From NCBI RefSeq assembly GCF_009914755.1, contig NC_060935.1: DNA of 64,000 nt; one strand, written 5' to 3'. The notes beneath the pieces are model-generated. The model searched no databases. It was given only the letters and a program-made list of their open reading frames with translations, and was not told the origin of the DNA. How positions within the stretch are numbered: position 1 is the first letter of the stretch; every line of letters begins with the position of its first letter. The position numbers and the translations under genes were made by a program. Positions 54,478 to 64,000 of this stretch are shown here, one piece after another. The DNA comes from the human T2T-CHM13v2.0 reference genome, Homo sapiens.

Positions 54478-54696
54478 CAAGGGATGGTGAACTTTCTATA
54501 AAGGGAAAGACAGTAAATATTTTAGGCCTGGCTTTCATGTGGTTACTAACCGAACTACTACACTGCTGTCGTAGCATGAGGGCAGCTGTAGGCAGCAGTA
54601 AATGAATGAGCATGGCTGTGTTTCAATAAAACTTTATTCACAAACACTGGCAGTTGGATTGGCTTTGGCCCAGCAGTTTGTAGTTTGCCAACCCCC
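54478..54696 (+). mobile_element. MER58A hAT-Charlie MITE
   Basis: CAGTAAATATTTTAGGC, TGGCTGTGTTTCAATAAAACTTTATT, TAGTTTGCCAACCCC; TSD ATCTACAA / ATCTAGAT. Confidence 0.9.
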
Positions 54697-57600
54697 ATCT
54701 AGATGTGGAGATTCTGAGCTATGGGCATACAGTCTTTGGGGTTGTAAGTCAGTCTTCCCAAGATGAGCTTTTATGTACACTGGGAAGCTGGTGTTGTAAG
54801 GGGCCTCAGATAAGCCTAGACTGGTATGAAATCTAGTCCCACCCTCTCATTTTACAGATGAAGCAATAGAAGCTCAGAGAAGTGAAGCAAATCACCCAGA
54901 ATGAGGCAACAGAACTCATGCTCCTGACACTGAGCCAGGGCACAGCAGTTGCTACATACTTTCTTTGAGTACTTCCAGTATGTTTCCAAGAGCTTTAACA
55001 ATAATAACACCTAACATACAGATGTTTGCCAGTTTATCATTTAGAATGGTGAGAAAATATATCTTGTTTTATATATGAACAAATTGAAGCTCATAGACTT
55101 TCAGTGACCTGCCAGTGGATTCAGCTAGTCATGGATCTAGACACAGACCCATGCCTTTGGACTCTAAGGCTGGCACTATTGTGCTGTAGAAACACGTTCT
55201 ATAGATAATGCCTCAGCTGCAGAACAGAAGAAGTAGAGAGAAACTGGTAACTTGCCATTGACTCGGTAGCTTTGGTTCTGAATGTATTTCTGGGTAGAGC
55301 AATAGAGGGGATCCCTCTTGGTTCCGTCTTTGAAGATTTGATGCTGTGAATTTGGACCTGGCCTGGCAGCAGATCTTAAAGTGACCCCTGCTCTTGAAGT
55401 TAAGGATCTCTAGTACTTCCTGGTGCTGCCCCATTAAATGCAAGAATCTGGCATCTACGTAAAACTTTTTTTTTTTTTTTGCATACGTTTTCAGGGATTA
55501 GAGAATGCAAGGCACTTGCTGAATAGTGGTCATTAGGTATGGAATAATTCAGGTAGACAAGCTCAGCTTTAGAGATGCTCCCTGCAGCTTTTTTCCTCCC
55601 GGGGGAGAGAGGTGGAGAGTAACTGTGTCTTGGTGGTCAGGTACACCTAGCACAGTACAGGGTGCACAGACAGCAGGACACTGCCTGGTTTATATCAGTC
55701 CCACCCCTTCCACCCTCTCAGTGACACTCAGTGACACTCTGCCAGGGCAATGGTGCCTGGCGACCTCTTCCCACTCACATTCCTGAGCACTGCTGAACCC
55801 AGCCCAGCTAAGCAAAGCCTGCCAAGCAACTCGGCACACAGAGTGCAGTGAACTGCCTAGAAGAATGCAGGGACTGAGGCCAAGGTCTGCTTGGCTTTGT
55901 TATCATTTATTTTGGTGTATTTATTTAATTGTATTTGCAATTTCTTCTTCATTTTCCTTCTTTGCTCTTGGATGGCACGTGACAAGGACTTCCTGGCATC
56001 ACATCTAATTATACTATTTTTAAATTTTCCCTTCACGCCCCATCACTGGCAAATGTTTTTCAAAAAACTTGATGAGATTAAAACTAAATTGACCAGATGG
56101 CTTCTTTGCACCTAATTAACACAGTCCACTGGTGCCAGATTTCCAGGGCACAGGGACCCATTATCCTCATGCTTACTTCCTTGAGCTGCACCACTCTGTT
56201 CTGCCTTGTATATTTATCAACTCTGGAAATGGATTTAAGGAAATGCACAGGTGTTACTGAGCTAAGAGGAGTCTTGGGGCTTTAGGGTTTGGCAGAGAAA
56301 TGCAGCAAAATGTGCTGGGAAGAGTCCCTAAGTTGCATGAAGGATCATCTTTTCATCTTCCAATTCTGCTTCCTAAAGCCCAGCTAACAAGGAGAGTAAA
56401 TGGTCTAGAACTAGAAAGCTAGACCTGGGTTTCATGTTCTGTCCCTGTTGTGTTCATTGTCCAAATTTGTTAGAGGGTATGAGAATTTTCTGGTTAACAC
56501 TTAGATTCATGCATCCATCCCATATTTTCTAAGTTCCTCTAACATACCAGACACTGAAATAACAGCTGGGGATATCATTACAAATAAGACAGGCAGTCTT
56601 TGCCATATCAGAACACATAGTCTATTTGGGGGAAAATATTAAAAAAGGTAGTTCAGGTGTTGTTGCAACCACTTCTTTTCCTTCAAATGGTAGTATTCCA
56701 TAAACTATAAGGCAATTAAGAGATTTGGAGTATGTCTCTGCAATATCTTCTCCGGGGCCTACAGGGTCATAAGCCTCTCTATTGTTGACAGCCGTGAATG
56801 GCCCAGCATCCAAACCTGCCTATGGAGCTGCAGCCCACTTCTCCACTGGATCCAAGAAAGGAATACAGAGGAGCACTCCTTTCCCCACGCAACACAATGG
56901 GTTGTGGTACATACGTGACGTTCCTTATGGAAGAGTTGTGGTGATCTCAGAAGGAAACATTCCAACTCAAAAGGACAAAGCCTGAAACTGTACTTAGAAC
57001 TTCCTATTTTATTACACAAAGGAAAGAGACTTTATCTTGGGCCTTCACAAGGAAGACATCCTTCTCCGACCTGGCTGTCAGGTTCACTTTTATATTCATG
57101 TGTATTTCTTCTTTAAGCCTCTCAATCTGCCACCTCTCAAATGTTTTCTCTGGAAAAATACATTTCCTCCACTGGCTGAGGCTCTAGGTTCTTCCTTTCA
57201 ATCTTCAGTCTCAATTAGCATTAACTAGATGAGCACAGATGTTCACTGACTCTAAGTTTCTCAGGCTACACAGCCCATGAGTGAGTGTGTAAGTAGATCC
57301 TGTACCTACCAGTGAAATTGTGACCTGCTGGTTCCCGACTTAAGTGGTATGTTAGCTAAAGATATCACTCTAAGATAAACATAAGCTTTTCTTAGTGTCC
57401 AGATAGTTAAATCCCATGATGGAAAAATAATATTTCTGTATTAGCAGGCCTTTCTGGCTTAGTCCCTTGGGAATGATAGGACCTCATTAGTGGGTGAAAG
57501 GGCCCCAGGCTCTTTCCTGTTCTGATCAAGCCTGGAAGAATCACACCACAGTAACTTCAGTTTTTAATGGTTATTCTATTTATAATTTGGGAAATAATTA

Positions 57601-59303
57601 CAGTTCTGATTAAATTATGTTGTTTTTAGTTTCCCTCAAATGGGAGGAGGAAGACTGCAAATTTGTCTCACTTCAACAATTTGTACAAATTATTTACTTA
57701 CCGTTGTTATAATTAACCCAGAGGAAAAAATACAGGGTTCCATGATGTGCACAGCTGGGGACATCAGACATGATCTGGCAAGAAAGGGAGAAGGTTCCTT
57801 AAAGAGTTGAGATATAAAAAGTAACTAAGCGTCTTCCACTTCCAGTCAAGATGGAGTAATGGGGATTGGATTTACCCTCACACTTGACCCAACTACAGCA
57901 CTGGACAAAATGTATGAAACAATGACACTCAGGACATTGACCATCAAGTGACAAAGGAAAAGTAGGAGGGGAGCCCTGTGATTACTCCAGCTTGCAACCT
58001 GCAAAAAATATTCAGGTCACAGTGCAGGTAAGAATCAGATGTTTCCTTGAGTTGGGAAGACAAAATTAGGAGTCCAGGGAAGCCAAGGCAGCTAGAATTT
58101 CCACAGAACAACCACCATAAATGAGAGATCCAGGCAGAGAGAATTCCAGAGATATTCAGGAGATTCCTGTCAAGTACTCCGTTGAGCGTGAATCAGGCCA
58201 TGCATGTGAGAAATTATCCAAGGCTGGGGAAAGAATCACCTTGAGAGGATTAGAGGAAACAGTAACCGAATGTTACAGACAGTCTGTTTCCAAAAGCCAC
58301 AGTTGAAAACCCGATTTAAGGGGCATCAGCTACAATTCTAAGAAGTGTCTTACCTCAATAGTGGGAAAAATTATCCCTAGGCTAAATGCAGCTCTGGTCC
58401 CAGCTAACGAAGTTTAAAGCAAGTCCTGAAAAGACCAACTGTTTTTGAGTAACCTAGCCACATTCTAGAATCAAACTTAAAAATTGCTCAATTTTTCCCC
58501 AAATCTGATTAAAACTGCAAAGCCACAGGCCTAAGAAGTTCAACAAATCCTAAGCACAAGTAACACAAAGAAAACCACATAAAAATGGTTAAATGTTAAA
58601 GTGTTTAAATTTTTTAAAACCAATTATGAAGAGAAAAATTTTAAAAGTAACCACTGGAGAAAGACATATTACATACAGAGGAACAGGGTAAGGATGACAG
58701 ATTTCTCTCTGGAAACAATGCAAGTCAGAAGACAGTTGAAAAGCCTCTTTAAAGTACTGAAAGGAAAAAAAAGCCCCCCTAGAATTCTTTACGTAGCAAA
58801 AATATCTTTTAGCAGTTATGGAAAAATACAAACCTTTTCAAATATATAAAAGCTGAAGTAAATCATCACCAACAGACCAGAATTATAAGAAATGTTAAAG
58901 GAAGCCCTTCAGGCAGAGGAAAAGTGTTACTAGATTAAAAACCTCAATCTTCACAACAGAATGAGTATCACAGGAAATGGTAAATATATGGTTAAATATA
59001 AAGACTATTTAAAAAAGTTTAGTTATATTCAAACACAGTAAACCATTTAAGTGAAAAACAAGAACACTACTTTGGGGTTAATGACATGTAGGACGTATAT
59101 AACGTGTAGAAAATATATAACAACCACAGCACAAAAATGAGATGGGAGAAATAGAAGAATAATGTTGCAAAGTTTTCACACTACACTTGAAGTTATCTAA
59201 TATCACTTGAAGGTAGACTATGATAAGTTAAAATGTGTATTATAAACTCCAAACAATTTCTAAGCATGATGAAGGATTATTTTTTAAAAAGAAAAAAAAA
59301 AGA

Positions 59304-59739
<436 letters not shown>

Positions 59740-60162
59740 TCAAAGGCAGAGAATAACAGATTGTATAAAAAATAAGGTACAACTTTATGCTTCCTAGAAG
59801 AAACTCATTTTAAATATAAAAATACAAACATTAAAACTGAAGGATGGAAAATATATGCTAACACTAATCAAAAGAAAGCTGGAGTACTATATTACTATCA
59901 GATTAATGTATATTTCAAAGAAAAAAAATACTACCTAGGATAAGGAGGATTGTTTTATGACAATAAAAGGGCCAGTTCAAGAGGACATCAGAAATCTATA
60001 AATGTGTATGTACCTAATAACAGAGATTCAAAATACATCAAGCAAAAACTGAAGGTAGAAGAAATATACAGTACATGAAACTAGGAGAAATATACAAATC
60101 CAAAAATAATAGTCAGCTATTTTTACACCCCCAACTGTTAATAGTTGACAGAACAAGTAGAT

Positions 60163-60210
60163 AGCCGTAAAGAAGACTTGAAAAACAGCTGTAAAGAAGA
60201 CTTGAAAAAT
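60163..60210 (+). repeat. 24-bp tandem duplication in L1 ORF2
   Basis: AGCCGTAAAGAAGACTTGAAAAAC / AGCTGTAAAGAAGACTTGAAAAAT. Confidence 0.93.
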
Positions 60211-60673
60211 ACTATTAACCAACTTGGCCTTAAAATTTACACTTATAGAACACTCCATCTAACAATGGCGGTGTACACCTCAAATGCACATAGAAGATTT
60301 ACTGAGATATACCATGTTTGGGACCATAAAACAAATGTCAATTTATTTAAAAGGATTCAGTTCATGCAAAGTATTTTCTAGGGCTGCAATCAAATCAAAT
60401 TGGAAATCAATAACAGAAAGATTTCTGGAAAATTCCCAAATATTTGGAAACTAACTAATATGCTTCTAAGTAACCAACGGGTTAAAAAAAAAGATATCAA
60501 AAGAAAAATCAAAGAGTATTTTAAACTAAATAAAAGTAAAAACAAATTATCAAACCTTGTGGGATGCATCTAAATCAATACTTTTAAGGACATTTATGGC
60601 AATAACACCCATATTATTGGAAAGAAGAAAAGTTTTTAATCAATGACCCCAACTTCTACGTTAAGAAACTAGA

Positions 60674-60993
<320 letters not shown>

Positions 60994-61132
60994 TTAAACC
61001 TGAAGGGAAATAATAAAGATCAAAGTGGAAGTCAATGAAATAGAAAACAGAAAACTATAGAGATAAACAATGAAACCAAAAGCTGTTTAAAGTAATCAAT
61101 AAAGTTGATAAAGTCTAGCCAGACTGACTGGA

Positions 61133-61138
<6 letters not shown>

Positions 61139-61185
<47 letters not shown>
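61139..61185. repeat. (AG)23 microsatellite
   Basis: Counted directly. Confidence 0.97.
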
Positions 61186-61188
<3 letters not shown>

Positions 61189-61424
61189 TTATAGTATCAG
61201 GAATGAGAGAGATGACACCACACCAGATCCTATATGTATTACAAAGATAGTAGACAATATTATGAACAACTTTATGTCAATGAATTAACAACTCAGATGA
61301 CATGGATAAATTCCTTGAAAAACATAAATATCCAAAGCTCACTCAAGAAAAATAACTTGAATAGCCCTGTATCTATTTTAAAAATGGAATTTGTAGCTAA
61401 AAGTCTCACGAAGAACACTACAGA

Positions 61425-61745
61425 GGCCAGGTGTGGTGGCTCACATCTGTAATCCTAACACTTCGGGATGCTAAGGTAGGAGGATCTCTTGAGGCCAGGA
61501 GTTTGAGACCAGCCTGCTCAACATAGCGAGACCCTGTCTCTACAAAAATAAAAAATAAATTAGCTGGGGTTGGTGGTGGTGTGTGGCTGTAGGCCCAGCA
61601 ACTCGTGAGTCTGAGGCAGGAGGATTGCTTAAGCACGGGGGTTCAAGGCTACACTGAGCTATGATCTCACCACTGGACTCCAGACTGGGTGACAGAGCAA
61701 GACCCTGTCTCCCTTAAAAAACAAATAAACAAACAAACAAACAAA
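61425..61745 (+). mobile_element. AluJ with (AAAC)n tail
   Basis: J diagnostics (CAACATAGCGAGACC, GAGCTATGATC). Confidence 0.92.
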
Positions 61746-62309
61746 TTCTTATTATTTATTAGCCTTATATCCTGCAAAGCACAAAATAGGTTTGAAAATA
61801 AACTATATTTTTATGTTGTAGCAATAGACAATCAAAATTAAAATAAAAACACCATTTACAATAAAATCAAAATACAAAATATTTTGGGATAAATACGGCA
61901 AATGATGTGCAAGACATGTACTCTGAAAACACAAGGCAATGCTGAGAGAAAATTAAAGAATACTCAAATGTGCCATGTATCTTGTTTATAGGTTGGGAGA
62001 GTCAGCATTGTTAAGATGTTAATTCTCCCTATATTGGTCTATAAATTCAATGCAACCCAATCAAAATTCCAGCAGGCTTTTGTATAGAAAATTTCAAGCT
62101 GATTTAAGAATTCATCTGGTAATATAAAGGACCTAGAATAGTCAAAACAACTTTGAAGAAGAACAACTTTGAAATAAGCCTTGAAGACACATTAAAGATT
62201 ATTATAAAGTTAAAACGTAGCATTGAACTCAAGGGGGACAAATAGGCTAAAGGAATGTAATAGAGTCTAGAAATAGATCCACACATACATAGCATATGCA
62301 GTCAGTTGA

Positions 62310-64000
<1,691 letters not shown>

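Noticed and set aside
56782-56985. Coding-looking 67-aa ORF or processed pseudogene
   Set aside because: No recognisable protein, poly(A) tail or TSD; a BLASTX hit would be needed.

Overview
Primate (human-like) genomic DNA that looks intergenic or intronic, with roughly half of it recognisable interspersed repeat: about 17 Alus (J, S and Y types), many MIR/L2/L3 remnants, old L1M fragments, six solo MaLR/ERVL LTRs and several DNA-transposon fossils. I find no credible protein-coding gene, structural RNA gene or CRISPR array; the ORF track is almost entirely repeat-derived or chance. The first ~480 bp look like a small CpG-rich promoter/regulatory element (NRF1, E-box, CCAAT, NF-kB). I cannot support a new multi-gene biological system. 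The best leads are: (1) a 36/37-bp perfect L2-derived hairpin at 23171-23269 with pre-miRNA-like geometry; (2) a 5'-inverted, twin-priming-type Alu at 37300-37576; (3) an essentially full-length Tigger7 with both TIRs and a readable DD32D transposase fossil; (4) seven TGAGTCA AP-1 sites in 6.6 kb, two of them made by a tandem duplication; (5) an exon-like island bracketed by inverted Alus (circRNA/ADAR-type architecture). Repeat subfamily names come from recalled consensus sequences, not a database search. Boundaries of old repeats without TSDs are approximate.
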